Positions 42,886-53,011 of a DNA stretch of 64,000 nucleotides are shown here, piece after piece; the stretch's first letter is position 1, and the number at the start of each line of letters is the position of its first letter. Origin of the DNA: Candidatus Poribacteria bacterium (lineage in GTDB: Bacteria > Poribacteria > WGA-4E > WGA-3G); contig CAXXLX010000002.1 in assembly GCA_963665235.2 (NCBI GenBank), forward strand, positions 288,001 through 352,000, read 5' to 3'. A program made the position numbers and the translations under genes. Under the pieces are notes generated by a model, which was given only the letters and a program-made list of their open reading frames with translations, was not told the origin of the DNA and did no database searches.

Positions 42886-43599
42886 TTGAAAGACAGATTA
42901 ATCGTCGCATTGGACACAGATGATGGTGAAGATATTGATTGGTTATCAGGAACACTTATAGACATAGTGCCGTGGGTTAAGCTCGGTTTTCAGGCGTTCA
43001 GTACTCTTGGAATTGAGGCTTTTCTGTGGTTGACCGGAAGGGGTCACAAGGTTTTTGTTGACCTAAAATTCCATGACATTCCGAACACAGTGGCACGCGA
43101 TGTCGGGATGATGACAGAACACGGTGCAAATATGATTAACATGCACGCCTCCGGCGGCCTTGAAATGATGCAAGCTGCACGGGCCAGTGCAGAGGATGCT
43201 GCGGACACAGCGCGAATTCGGAGGCCTATCCTGCTCGGTGTGACTATTCTAACCAGTATTGGCGAAACCGGCTTTCAACAGGATTTCGGCTCGGAGCGGC
43301 AACTGACAGAGCAGGTTGTCTATCTCGCGCAGTTGGCACAGGCAGCGGGGCTAGATGGCGTTGTCGCATCTCCGTTAGAAATTGAAGGAATTCGGCAGAC
43401 ATGCGGGGATAGGTTTTTGATTGTGACACCGGGCATCCGTCCGGAATGGGCAGAAAGCGATGATCAGCGGCGCATCGCTACGCCAGCAGAGGCAATTCAG
43501 CGGGGGGCGGATTATATTGTTGTCGGCAGACCCATTGTTGAGGCGGAAGACCCTCTGGAGGCTGCTGTAATGATACTCGAAGAGATGAGAGAGGCATAA
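42886..43599 (+). CDS. pyrF: orotidine-5'-phosphate decarboxylase
   Basis: IVALD, FVDLKFHDIPNTV, GVTILTS, VTPGIR, VVGRPI. Confidence 0.97.
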   Translation: MKDRLIVALDTDDGEDIDWLSGTLIDIVPWVKLGFQAFSTLGIEAFLWLTGRGHKVFVDLKFHDIPNTVARDVGMMTEHGANMINMHASGGLEMMQAARASAEDAADTARIRRPILLGVTILTSIGETGFQQDFGSERQLTEQVVYLAQLAQAAGLDGVVASPLEIEGIRQTCGDRFLIVTPGIRPEWAESDDQRRIATPAEAIQRGADYIVVGRPIVEAEDPLEAAVMILEEMREA

Positions 43600-43603
43600 C
43601 TTT

Positions 43604-45040
43604 ATGAACATTATCTGTATCTGTTTAGACACTTTTCGCGCGGACATTATCGGTGAAGGTAAGAAGTTTAGCCACGTGCAAACGCCAAACCTAGATGCGT
43701 TTGCGGCCGAGAGCGTCCGTTTCACCCGCGCGTTTGGCGAAGGACAACCGACGCTTCAGGTGCGCCGGGGTTGCTTCACAGGCATGCGGAGCTTTCCATG
43801 GAAATATAATTTCGATCGCCGTGGACATTGGCATCACGCCCCCGGCTGGCATAAAATCCCGCCGGAACAGGATACGCTCGCAGAGGTCTTGTTGGAACGC
43901 GGTTATCTGACCGCACTCATAGCTGATACGTACCACATGTTCAAGCCGACTATGAACTTCTCGCGCGGGTTTGCACATTTCGATTTCATCCGTGGACAGG
44001 AATCTGATAATTGGCACAGCGGTGACCCTCGGTTGATTGAGGCACAACTCCGAAAACATGTCCGTGAACCGCTCAATTGGAGACGGCATGCAGGACTCGT
44101 GAACTATCTACTTTCGCAACGACATCGGCAATCGGAGGATGATTACAGTTGTGCTCGTGTGTTCCGTGCTGCTGCGGATTGGCTTCAAGACAATCACACT
44201 GTCGGGCCGTTCTTTTTGTGGGTAGACAGCTTTGACCCGCATGAACCCTGGGATCCGCCGAAATCTTATGCGGATATCTATTTTCCAGAGTATTCAGGGA
44301 AAGATTTCATCACACCGGGCAGCGCAAATGAAGGAGATGGACCGACTGAGGCTGAACGCAACCGTATTGAAGCACTCTACCTCGGTGAGGTGACGTTCGT
44401 TGACAAATGGGTGGGGGTGTTATTGGATAAACTTGAGGCGTTGAATATCCGGGAGGAGACGCTTGTTGTCGTGATGTCTGACCACGGGACGCAACTCCGA
44501 GACCACGGCGGTTTTGGGAAGGGGGCAAACAAGCTACACCCGTTCAACACGCAGCTAAATCTCATGATTCGACATCCGGATGGTCCGAATGACAAAGATA
44601 TTTCGGCGTTTGTGCAAAACCATGACCTTATGCCGACGCTGCTGAATCTGCTTGATATTCCGTGCAGTTGGACAGATGGTGAGAATATGTGGCCACTTGT
44701 TACACAGCAGAAAGCATTTCTACGTGAACGGATTATCACGGGCTGGGCAGGGTTTACTACAGGCAACGCTGTCGGACGCGTAAGTGTACGCGATAATCGT
44801 TGGAACTTCTGCACCTCGGTAGGCTATAAGGAGGAGCGGGGTGCTCAGCTCTTTGATGTCCTGAATGATGTTGAGGAGAAGCGGAACGTTGCAAGTGAGC
44901 ATCCGGAAATTGTCGCGGAACGTCAGCGTGATGTGGAGGCGTTGATTGGACAACCGCTGCCTGGGCATTTTATTGAGGTTTGTGACCCAGGGCATGCCCC
45001 GATGCGGCAATGGCTACAGAAAAAGTTGGCGGAGATGTAG
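43604..45040 (+). CDS. sulfatase/alkaline-phosphatase superfamily protein
   Basis: ICLDTFRAD, TPNLD, FDPHEPWDPP, SDHG. Confidence 0.85.
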   Translation: MNIICICLDTFRADIIGEGKKFSHVQTPNLDAFAAESVRFTRAFGEGQPTLQVRRGCFTGMRSFPWKYNFDRRGHWHHAPGWHKIPPEQDTLAEVLLERGYLTALIADTYHMFKPTMNFSRGFAHFDFIRGQESDNWHSGDPRLIEAQLRKHVREPLNWRRHAGLVNYLLSQRHRQSEDDYSCARVFRAAADWLQDNHTVGPFFLWVDSFDPHEPWDPPKSYADIYFPEYSGKDFITPGSANEGDGPTEAERNRIEALYLGEVTFVDKWVGVLLDKLEALNIREETLVVVMSDHGTQLRDHGGFGKGANKLHPFNTQLNLMIRHPDGPNDKDISAFVQNHDLMPTLLNLLDIPCSWTDGENMWPLVTQQKAFLRERIITGWAGFTTGNAVGRVSVRDNRWNFCTSVGYKEERGAQLFDVLNDVEEKRNVASEHPEIVAERQRDVEALIGQPLPGHFIEVCDPGHAPMRQWLQKKLAEM

Positions 45041-45149
45041 TCGGAGCCACACACCGAATTTTTTAAGTTGATGCAGATTTAATTTTTAGATATAATAATC
45101 GGATAGGCAATTAAACCTCACTCTCTTTTATTTTTGTAAGGAAACTATT

Positions 45150-45920
45150 ATGCAAAAAAGACGCGCTAGAACGCGATATTGTAAAGGTGAATTAATTGAA
45201 CGCGAAGATTTTTCTGAAGATTTAGCCGCGTTCAAATTCCGGACCGATATGGAGCTGCCGTTTATTCCTGGGCAATATGCGACTATCGGTTTTGAAGTGG
45301 ATGAAAAAATCGTCCAACGGCCCTACTCCATTGTCTCCTCTCCGCATGAACCGTTCATGGAGGTTTTCGTGGAATTGGTGCCGGAAGGGGCAACAACCCC
45401 GCTATTTTGGGAACTCAAATTGGGGGACACGGTGTTCATTCGGGACCGGCTTGTTGGGAAATTTGTGATGGACACAGAAAGCGGTATGACAAGGCATATC
45501 ATGGCAGGCACAGTCACAGGGGCTGCGCCGTATATTAGCATCGCTCGAACACAAAAGATTGAGCAGGAACAGGGGAAACCGAGTCAGCATCAAATCCTCT
45601 CGATTGTAGGGGCGAGCCGCTCTTGGGAGCTGGGCTACTACATGGATGAACTCAACGAGCTCGCGGCGCAGGAGGAATGGTTCACGTTCGTTCCGACGGT
45701 AAGTCGGCCGTGGGAGGACACGGAGTGGCAAGGTGAAAGCGGTCGTGCTGAAGACGTAATCAGAAAATACGGCGATGAGCTCGGGTTTGACCATACGAAC
45801 GCTGTTGTTTATGCATGTGGGCATCCCCAGATGATCGAAAATGCGAAGGCTATTTGGGGTCGGGCACGGTTTCCGGAGGAGCGGATTAAAGAGGAAAAAT
45901 TCTTCGTGATTAAGGAGTAG
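45150..45920 (+). CDS. fpr: ferredoxin/flavodoxin-NADP+ reductase
   Basis: FIPGQY, RPYSIVS, GTVTGAAPY, VSRPWE, CGHPQM. Confidence 0.85.
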   Translation: MQKRRARTRYCKGELIEREDFSEDLAAFKFRTDMELPFIPGQYATIGFEVDEKIVQRPYSIVSSPHEPFMEVFVELVPEGATTPLFWELKLGDTVFIRDRLVGKFVMDTESGMTRHIMAGTVTGAAPYISIARTQKIEQEQGKPSQHQILSIVGASRSWELGYYMDELNELAAQEEWFTFVPTVSRPWEDTEWQGESGRAEDVIRKYGDELGFDHTNAVVYACGHPQMIENAKAIWGRARFPEERIKEEKFFVIKE

Positions 45921-45938
45921 CCTTTTTAAGCGAAAGAC

Positions 45939-46712
45939 CTACAAATGCATGCTGAAAACCTTTGACATTTCGACCTGCAAAATATCTAAGAGCTCCCTTT
46001 TCAAGTCAATTAGGGCAGCATCGGTGACATTTCGGGGGCGCGGGAGCGGAACAGCGATTTCTGCCTTCAATGTTGCTGGTCTGGCTGTGAGTACATAGAT
46101 TTTATCAGCGAGGAGGAGGGCTTCCTCAATATCGTGGGTTATCAGGAGGATGGTCTGTCCGTCTTTGTGCCAGATATCGAGCAGGATGGATTGCATCACG
46201 GTGCGTGTCATTGCATCCAGTGCGCCAAAGGGTTCATCTAGCAGCAGAATTTCTTTTCGAAAAAGCAGTGTCCGTACGAGGGCAGCGCGTTGCCGCATTC
46301 CGCCTGAAAGTTGGCTGGGATAATTCGATTCAAACCCGTTCAACCCCAATTGCGCTAAGAGTTTCATCGCTTCTGTTTCCGCTTTATCCAGGGGCTCCTT
46401 CTGAATTTCTGGGCCGATGAGCACGTTCTTTAGGACGGTTCGCCACGGCAATAGGAGGTCTTTCTGTTGCATATAGGCGAACGCCCGCGTGTTATCTTGG
46501 AGACGCTTGCCGTTGAGATAAATTTCTCCGGTGTCCGGTGAGAGCAGTCCCGCGATGATATTAAATAACGTGCTTTTCCCGCACCCCGAGGGGCCGAGGA
46601 GGGTGACAAACTCGCCTTCATCAACGCAGATGTTTAGCTTGTCCAATACCTGTAGGTGTGTGTTGTCCTGTGCAAAGGTTCGTGTGAGATTTCTGATTTC
46701 AAGTTTCGGCAT
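45939..46712 (-). CDS. ABC ATP-binding protein (NitT/TauB/ThiZ-like)
   Basis: GPSGCGKST, QKDLLLPW, LSGGMRQR, LDEPFGALD; start MPKLE. Confidence 0.9.
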   Translation of the reverse strand: MPKLEIRNLTRTFAQDNTHLQVLDKLNICVDEGEFVTLLGPSGCGKSTLFNIIAGLLSPDTGEIYLNGKRLQDNTRAFAYMQQKDLLLPWRTVLKNVLIGPEIQKEPLDKAETEAMKLLAQLGLNGFESNYPSQLSGGMRQRAALVRTLLFRKEILLLDEPFGALDAMTRTVMQSILLDIWHKDGQTILLITHDIEEALLLADKIYVLTARPATLKAEIAVPLPRPRNVTDAALIDLKRELLDILQVEMSKVFSMHL

Positions 46713-46716
46713 AGTA

Positions 46717-47598
46717 TTATTGACGTGCGCTGCGCTGGCGAAAAAATCGGATGAGTGGTGTGACATAAGGTTCATCCGTTCGGATGTCAATAGAATCGAT
46801 TTGGCTTGTTCGGAAAGCCTGCTGTCGTTCCGCGTCGGCGTTCTTGTTGAATTCAGCGTATAGCTGGCGTGCCTGTTCTGACCTTGTGTCAACAATTATC
46901 CGCTCCCCAGTTTCAGCATCCGCTAGTTCTATCAACCCGACGTTTGGTATTTCCGCTTCCCGCCGATCCTGTAGGATGATGGCGATTAGGGAATGCCGTT
47001 TGCTGCTCAATCGGAGCTGCTTTTCGTACCCTGTATCCTTAAAATCGGAGATAAGAAAGGCAACGCTGTGCCGTTTGAGAACCCGCTCGGCGAATGCTAA
47101 TGCGGATGTAATATCGGTGCCCGGTTGCCGAGGCTGAAAATGGAGGATGTCGCGAATGATACGCAAAACATGTCTTTTGCCCTTCCGTGGCGCAACATAG
47201 TGTTCAACCGTATCGGTGAAACATATAAGTCCGACCTTGTCGTTGTTTTTGATAGCAGAAAATGCCAGTAGGGCAGCAATTTCGGCGGCAATCTCCGCCT
47301 TTGTGTTCCGACTAGTTCCGAACGCTGTGGAGGCACTCATATCCACGATTAACATCATCACCAATTCGCGTTCTTCCACGTACTTTTTGATATAAGCCTG
47401 TCCCATGCGCGCTGTGACGTTCCAATCGATTGTCCGGATTTCATCGCCTACCTGATACTCTCGCACTTCATCGAACGTGATGCCTTGCCCTTTGAAGACG
47501 CTTTTGTATTCGCCAGCAAAGACGGTGTTGACTAACCGATTTGTGAATATTTCAATGTGCCGAATCTTTTTGAGGATTTCTTTTTCTTTATTAGCCAT
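46717..47598 (-). CDS. DUF58 (MoxR-associated) protein
   Basis: VREYQVGDEIRTIDWNVTAR, VDMSAS, ISDF. Confidence 0.92.
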   Translation of the reverse strand: MANKEKEILKKIRHIEIFTNRLVNTVFAGEYKSVFKGQGITFDEVREYQVGDEIRTIDWNVTARMGQAYIKKYVEERELVMMLIVDMSASTAFGTSRNTKAEIAAEIAALLAFSAIKNNDKVGLICFTDTVEHYVAPRKGKRHVLRIIRDILHFQPRQPGTDITSALAFAERVLKRHSVAFLISDFKDTGYEKQLRLSSKRHSLIAIILQDRREAEIPNVGLIELADAETGERIIVDTRSEQARQLYAEFNKNADAERQQAFRTSQIDSIDIRTDEPYVTPLIRFFRQRSARQ

Positions 47599-47599
47599 C

Positions 47600-48892
47600 T
47601 TATTTTTTTAAGATTAGAATCCAATCCATGTTGATACGTTCTTCTCTCGGCACCTTAATGAAGTGTTTGATAATCTCCGAACCGAAGTAGGTTTCAATTT
47701 CAAACCCGATTTTTTCGGCGATTGGCATGAGGTATCTCCAATTTTCGAACAGGTGCCCCCGAATGCGATTATTGCCTACGACGATGACGTACCTACCGCC
47801 TTCGCGTAAAACTTTGTATACTTCATTGAGGTTTTTTCGCATGTCATCTAGGTATTTGAAGGCAATGAATGCTCGCCTCGGCTCGACCTCAAAGATGTTC
47901 GCTATAACTGCGTCTGCCTCGGGGACACCTATTTCGTGCCTCTGTTTGTAATTCCGGGCGGAAACGCTTTCCGTGCCGATGTTCTGTTTTTTCAAGGCAG
48001 TTAATGAGTCCTGGGCGAAACCTAACCAGTACATCTCCAATTGGTGAGTTCTTGGATAGTCAACGGCATTGACATACGGCGGAGAGGTTACCGCGAGATG
48101 GAAATAGTTTTCTGCATACTCAATATTCCGCGCGTCCATGTGCTCTGGGAAATCTACGGTAATGTCGGGGGGAGAATTGAGAGAAAACGCGACTATTTTT
48201 GGCACCTTAGCGAGCATCACTTTTGCGAAACGGTTCAGCGCGTCGGAAGGTTTCACCAATTTGTGCAATTTCTTGCGAATCACTGTCCGGGTACAATTAT
48301 CGTCTGCATTGGAGACAGAGCGGATAATAGACGAAAAACAGACCTTGAAAAAGTCTTTCACCTCATCCATCGTATCAAGTTGCTGAATGTGCTTTTTTAA
48401 ATAGGCCAATTCCAGAAGAATTTCTTTGTTAAACCAGTTATCTCTATACGGGAAATTCGGTAGGTCGGACTCGTGAACGCAAGCAGGATGGTAATTAAGA
48501 ACAGCCTCTAAAAGCACTTTTTGTGCAGACCTGAGTTCCGTTTCTGGCAAAGGGGTTACCTTTACTTTGGAAATGAAGCGGGAAAATGGGTCGACATCAA
48601 TTCCGACAGAGTTTCGCTTTGAAAGGAGTGCCTCCACATTTGTAGTGCCACTGCCTGCAAATGGATCGAGGATTTGGTCGTGTTCCTGAGAATACCGTTT
48701 AATGAGCCAGCGCGGTAATTCTGGAAAAAATTTGGCAGGATATTTGTGCAAACCGTGCGTCAGCAAACTCTGGTCGTGGCTGATAAACAGAAATCTATCG
48801 CCATTTTTAGCGGGGAGGTTGACAGGAATATCGCCATCCACCCGAACAATACGCTCGCCAAAATCGTTTATAATTTGGGTAATGTTGTCCAC
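47600..48892 (-). CDS. site-specific DNA methyltransferase (N4-C/N6-A)
   Basis: HKYPAKF, LDPFAGSGTT, TSPPY. Confidence 0.88.
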   Translation of the reverse strand: MDNITQIINDFGERIVRVDGDIPVNLPAKNGDRFLFISHDQSLLTHGLHKYPAKFFPELPRWLIKRYSQEHDQILDPFAGSGTTNVEALLSKRNSVGIDVDPFSRFISKVKVTPLPETELRSAQKVLLEAVLNYHPACVHESDLPNFPYRDNWFNKEILLELAYLKKHIQQLDTMDEVKDFFKVCFSSIIRSVSNADDNCTRTVIRKKLHKLVKPSDALNRFAKVMLAKVPKIVAFSLNSPPDITVDFPEHMDARNIEYAENYFHLAVTSPPYVNAVDYPRTHQLEMYWLGFAQDSLTALKKQNIGTESVSARNYKQRHEIGVPEADAVIANIFEVEPRRAFIAFKYLDDMRKNLNEVYKVLREGGRYVIVVGNNRIRGHLFENWRYLMPIAEKIGFEIETYFGSEIIKHFIKVPREERINMDWILILKK

Positions 48893-49368
48893 TGTTTTTG
48901 TGTCCCGTGAAGCATTTGTGAGGCAATTCGGATGCTTATACCTCGTTTATTGCATGTTTTAGACCCGTTTTCTATCAAACGTTACCAATTGTAGCACAAT
49001 TACCGAACAGGAGCAAATAAAATAAGAGTGTGTAAAGTTTTTGGACTATGATAGATGGAAGGGTGGAAGGGTGGAAGAATGGAGGAATGGATTTGGCGTG
49101 TGTTGTCTGAATCGCGGATTATCGCGGATTACACGGATTTCGCGGATTTTAAGATGTGTAACAATCGAAGTTTTTTGATTAAGGTTGTCCTATTTGCGAA
49201 GAGGCAGAAACCCCTGCTTCTATGAACATACTGCCCATATTGGACTAATACTGAATTAAGGTGTTTATCAATTTATACTTGTACAAAAACCTTGATAAAA
49301 TAGTATTGGAAAGATTATCGCGGATTTGATACAATGTATTAATTTCACAAGGAATTAAAAGGACAGCT

Positions 49369-50208
49369 ATGCAGAACGTTTTTTTGAATGGAACAGCGAT
49401 TGAAATTCATCGCGATATTCAGCGTGGAAATATTCGTCACGCCGTTTTCGATTTTGATGGCACTATCTCTCTCATCCGAGATGGATGGCAGAACGTTATG
49501 GTACCGATGATGGTTGAATGCCTGCAAACCGAAACGGATACCACCGAAACTCGTGAACAATTAGAGACGCTCGTCGTTGAATTTGTGGATAGACTGACAG
49601 GTAAGCAGACTATCTATCAGATGATTCAGTTAGGCGAAGAGGTTGAGAAACGTGGGGGTACCCCGAAACCGCCGCTGGCGTACAAAGATGAATACAACCG
49701 CCGTTTGCTTCCCGTCGTTGAGCAACGGATTGCTGACCTTGCGGCGGGGACGTTACCTGCGGAAACGCTTCGTGTCCCGATGTCCCTTGAGTTTCTCCAA
49801 AGCCTGCGTGCTTTGGGTGTTCGCTGCTATCTTGCTAGCGGCACCGATGTTGAGTTTGTCAAAAATGAGGCGAAACTGCTTGGGGTGGCGGAGCACTTCG
49901 ATGGCGGTATCTTCGGGGCATTACGGGACTATAAGCGGTTTTCTAAAGCGATGGTTATCCAGAAAATTCTCACCGATTTCAATCTCAGCGGCAGTGAACT
50001 GCTAATCATTGGGGATGGCTATGTGGAGATAGAGAACGCCAAAGCGGTAGGGGCAATTGCTGTCGGGGTTGCCTCTGTAGAGGATAACGTTTACAATATG
50101 AACGTGGATAAACGTGAACGTCTGATACGTGCCGGGGCGGATATCATCATCCCCGATTTTCAGGAGGGAGCAAAACTTCTCGCCTATCTATTTGACGCGG
50201 AAGGTTGA
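49369..50208 (+). CDS. HAD-superfamily hydrolase
   Basis: FDFDGT, LASGT, IGDG. Confidence 0.88.
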   Translation: MQNVFLNGTAIEIHRDIQRGNIRHAVFDFDGTISLIRDGWQNVMVPMMVECLQTETDTTETREQLETLVVEFVDRLTGKQTIYQMIQLGEEVEKRGGTPKPPLAYKDEYNRRLLPVVEQRIADLAAGTLPAETLRVPMSLEFLQSLRALGVRCYLASGTDVEFVKNEAKLLGVAEHFDGGIFGALRDYKRFSKAMVIQKILTDFNLSGSELLIIGDGYVEIENAKAVGAIAVGVASVEDNVYNMNVDKRERLIRAGADIIIPDFQEGAKLLAYLFDAEG

Positions 50209-50565
50209 ATTGACAAGGGCATTAGTCATAAACACGGTGCCAAATCACAGCTTAAGAACGGGCAATAAATGGTTTCCCTACTACCAGCCATTAGTTCTAT
50301 GCACGGTGCCAAATCATGCCTACGGTGGGTAGCAGGTTTCCAACTACTCGTTTGCGGGTGCAAGCGTATAAAATTTAACTGTGCCGAGTCGCCCTTTTCC
50401 CTGCACTGTTTTTTGCAGAATTCGCACAGCATCTGTATAGGCAGCTAACTGAATCTCAATCGGAAAATCGATGCGCCTCTTAATACTTTTGATTTTCTTC
50501 CAGCCAAACTCGCTATCCCGCACGTGATAGACCCCCAGCTAAAGCATGGGGGCTTCCGTCCTATG

Positions 50566-51777
50566 TTAGACGAAAGCATTTGTGGAATTCAGAAGCCGAC
50601 TGGTGGCTTCAACGGCAATGCCTACAATTTTGTTGAACAAAACAATAGGTCTTACAATACCTAACCCAAAGGAGGCTACCCCCTCCTTAAGAATATTGAT
50701 AGCAGCGTTGTGGTCTCTGTCAAGATGCGTATGGCAACTTGGACAGGTCCATTCTCTCTCTGCTAATGTGATTGTTTCGTTTTTATGTCCGCAAACAGAA
50801 CAAGATTTTGTTGTGGGGGTCCAGCGGTCAATCTTCAGAACGCTTTTAATACGCTTACTGGATTGATGTTTTAGTTTCTGCATGAACTCGCCAAAAGCAA
50901 GGTCAGAAATCTGTTTACCCCAGAGTGCTTTCATGCCATTAAGGTTTAGGGCTTCAAAGAACAGAATATCCGACTGTCTACAAAGTTCTATCGCTAACTT
51001 CCAATGGTGGTCTGACCTTTGATGCGCAGTTCTTTTATGGATACGTGCAACTTGCTGCCGACTTCGGGCTTGATTATTAGAACCTGGAACCTTGCGTGAA
51101 AACGCCCTTTGTGCCTTGGCTAAGTCTTTCGCGTTCTGTTGGTAGAACATAGGAGAACTATATCGTTTTGCGTCACTGCCAGTCAGGAAGTCTTTGATAC
51201 CCATATCAAACCCTTCAGCTTTACCTGTCTTGGGTTCGGGTATGACTTCGCTATAGTCTTCAGTGAGTGTGATATATATGTCTCCGAGGGCATCACGAGT
51301 GACATGAACTTCTTTGATGGCACCTTGTATCTCGCGATGCAAAGCAAAACGATACCAGTGTCCGTTTAGGCGAATTTTATAGGTAGGATGATTTCTTTCT
51401 TGCTTTTGTGGGGCAAGCAACTTTTCTATTTTCACCTGTTCACCGCGAAACGTCATGCCTTTGTGTTTTTGACATTTCTTGAATTGCGGGTGTCCGCGTT
51501 TGTGCGTCCGCATCTCTCTAAACGATTGAGCAAGGCGTTTCACTACATTTTGTAACGCCCAGGAATACGGAATATTCCAATGGGCATACTTCTTCAGTTG
51601 CTTCAGTTTTGTCAGGTGTGCTGACATCTGTGAATACGACAAACCTTTACCATATCGACGGTAATATCGCATAGACAAGGCGATGAAGTGATTTCGCACA
51701 ACACCACAGATATTAAGCTCGTTATGTAGACGCTTTAAGGTCTTATCGTGAAAGAGTTTGTGTTTTGTATTTCGCAC
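50566..51777 (-). CDS. tnpB: RNA-guided endonuclease TnpB
   Basis: RuvC D (GFDMG), E (FFEAL), D (DRDHNAA); Zn finger CSVC...CPSC. Confidence 0.95.
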   Translation of the reverse strand: MRNTKHKLFHDKTLKRLHNELNICGVVRNHFIALSMRYYRRYGKGLSYSQMSAHLTKLKQLKKYAHWNIPYSWALQNVVKRLAQSFREMRTHKRGHPQFKKCQKHKGMTFRGEQVKIEKLLAPQKQERNHPTYKIRLNGHWYRFALHREIQGAIKEVHVTRDALGDIYITLTEDYSEVIPEPKTGKAEGFDMGIKDFLTGSDAKRYSSPMFYQQNAKDLAKAQRAFSRKVPGSNNQARSRQQVARIHKRTAHQRSDHHWKLAIELCRQSDILFFEALNLNGMKALWGKQISDLAFGEFMQKLKHQSSKRIKSVLKIDRWTPTTKSCSVCGHKNETITLAEREWTCPSCHTHLDRDHNAAINILKEGVASFGLGIVRPIVLFNKIVGIAVEATSRLLNSTNAFV

Positions 51778-52190
51778 TATACACCTTTTTCATCTTCTAC
51801 ATACTGCTGTAAAACATCTAGGGTTACACCGCCTGTAGAGGCTACAAAATAGGAACGTGTCCACAAGTTCGGAAGTCTTGATTTTAAGTGTGGGAACTCC
51901 TCGCGTAACACTTTTGCCGTCATTCCTTTTATCCTGCCGATCAGGATACCAACAGCTTCGGTGGGAGGAATGCTAATCAACAAATGCACGGGGTCTGCAA
52001 GGGTTTCCACTGCACGGACAACGTAACCGTATTTATCTTGAGATTCTAATACAAGTTCTTTAAACCGAGTTTGGATTTCAGTAGACAAAACCGGGCGTCT
52101 GTATTTTGTACACCAAATGATATGATACTCACAGGCGTATGTAGAGGACCGTGTCTTTTGATATACTAACTCCGGCGTTTCTAATTTCAT
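51777..52190 (-). CDS. tnpA: Y1 transposase TnpA (HUH motif mutated)
   Basis: YHIIWCTKYRR, DPVHLL, LWTRSYF, QYVED. Confidence 0.93.
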   Translation of the reverse strand: MKLETPELVYQKTRSSTYACEYHIIWCTKYRRPVLSTEIQTRFKELVLESQDKYGYVVRAVETLADPVHLLISIPPTEAVGILIGRIKGMTAKVLREEFPHLKSRLPNLWTRSYFVASTGGVTLDVLQQYVEDEKGV

Positions 52191-52614
52191 TCTAAAAAAC
52201 CTTATTGTGTTAGATTATATATATATTATACCACATTGTTATTAGAATGTCAACTCTTTTTTTTACAAAAACGCTGTTAGCGGTGTCTACATCCCCCAGC
52301 TAAAGCTTGGGGGTTTTGACACCGAAGACACTGATAAATATCTATGTTGTGAACGACACCTTCGCCGGTGATAACAATTTTTCGGATGTCACTTTTAAAT
52401 GGTATGGAAAAAACGACGCCGGACCAGACATACTTTTCGTTAACAACCGCCTCAACCGGGATGTACTTCTGTTCTGTGAAGAGTGTTGCACACCCGATAA
52501 AGAGCACACATAGCAATAGAATCAGATAGAATTTAGACATCTCTGAGCTTCGTCTGAGAATGAGAATTCGTTATTTGTAGGTTGGGTTGAACAGATGCTG
52601 TGTATTAGGAAAAA

Positions 52615-52688
52615 TGGGCGGTACAGGACTTGAACCTGTGACCTCTTGCATGTCAAGCAAACGCTCTAGCCACCTGAGCTAACCACCC
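52615..52688 (-). tRNA. tRNA-Val(GAC)
   Basis: GGGTGGTTAGCTCAG...TTGACAT...GGTTCAAGTCC; CCA not encoded. Confidence 0.95.
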
Positions 52689-52702
52689 ACATATAGAGGT
52701 AA

Positions 52703-52777
52703 TGGAGGTGGCGGTCGGAATCGAACCGACGAATAAGAGTTTTGCAGACTCTGGCCTTACCACTTGGCTACGCCACC
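52703..52777 (-). tRNA. tRNA-Cys(GCA)
   Basis: GGTGGCGTAGCCAAGTGG...CTGCAAA...GTTCGATTCC...CCA. Confidence 0.95.
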
Positions 52778-52781
52778 GGAA

Positions 52782-52856
52782 TGGAGCGGGAGACGAGATT
52801 TGAACTCGCGACCTCCACCTTGGCAAGGTGGAGCTCTACCACTGAGCTACTCCCGC
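52782..52856 (-). tRNA. tRNA-Gly(GCC)
   Basis: GCGGGAGTAGCTCAG...TTGCCAA...GTTCAAATC...CCA. Confidence 0.95.
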
Positions 52857-53011
52857 AATTTGTAGATGTGAATTTTTACACATCTGATAGTGTATATAGT
52901 TTAACATGCTTTAATGAAAATGTCAAGTTAATTTTGATTAAAAACAGAAAAATTCCGAAATTTTGTCAAAAAACTTCGAAATTTTTCAGGATTTTCGCTA
53001 TGTGAATGCTA

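Larger units (their letters stand above)
50524..52333 (-). mobile_element. IS200/IS605-family element (tnpA + tnpB), 1810 bp
   Basis: Inserted 3' of TTTAT, ends TCAC, subterminal hairpins, no TSD. Confidence 0.93.
50344..52540 (-). pseudogene. 128-aa lipoprotein gene interrupted by the IS605 element
   Basis: Removing 50524-52333 joins ...HNIDIY|VRDSEFGW...APANE* in frame; lipobox FIGC. Confidence 0.85.

Noticed and set aside
50524-52333. IStron (group I intron-IS hybrid)
   Set aside because: Only ~143 bp between the left end and tnpA, too short for an intron core
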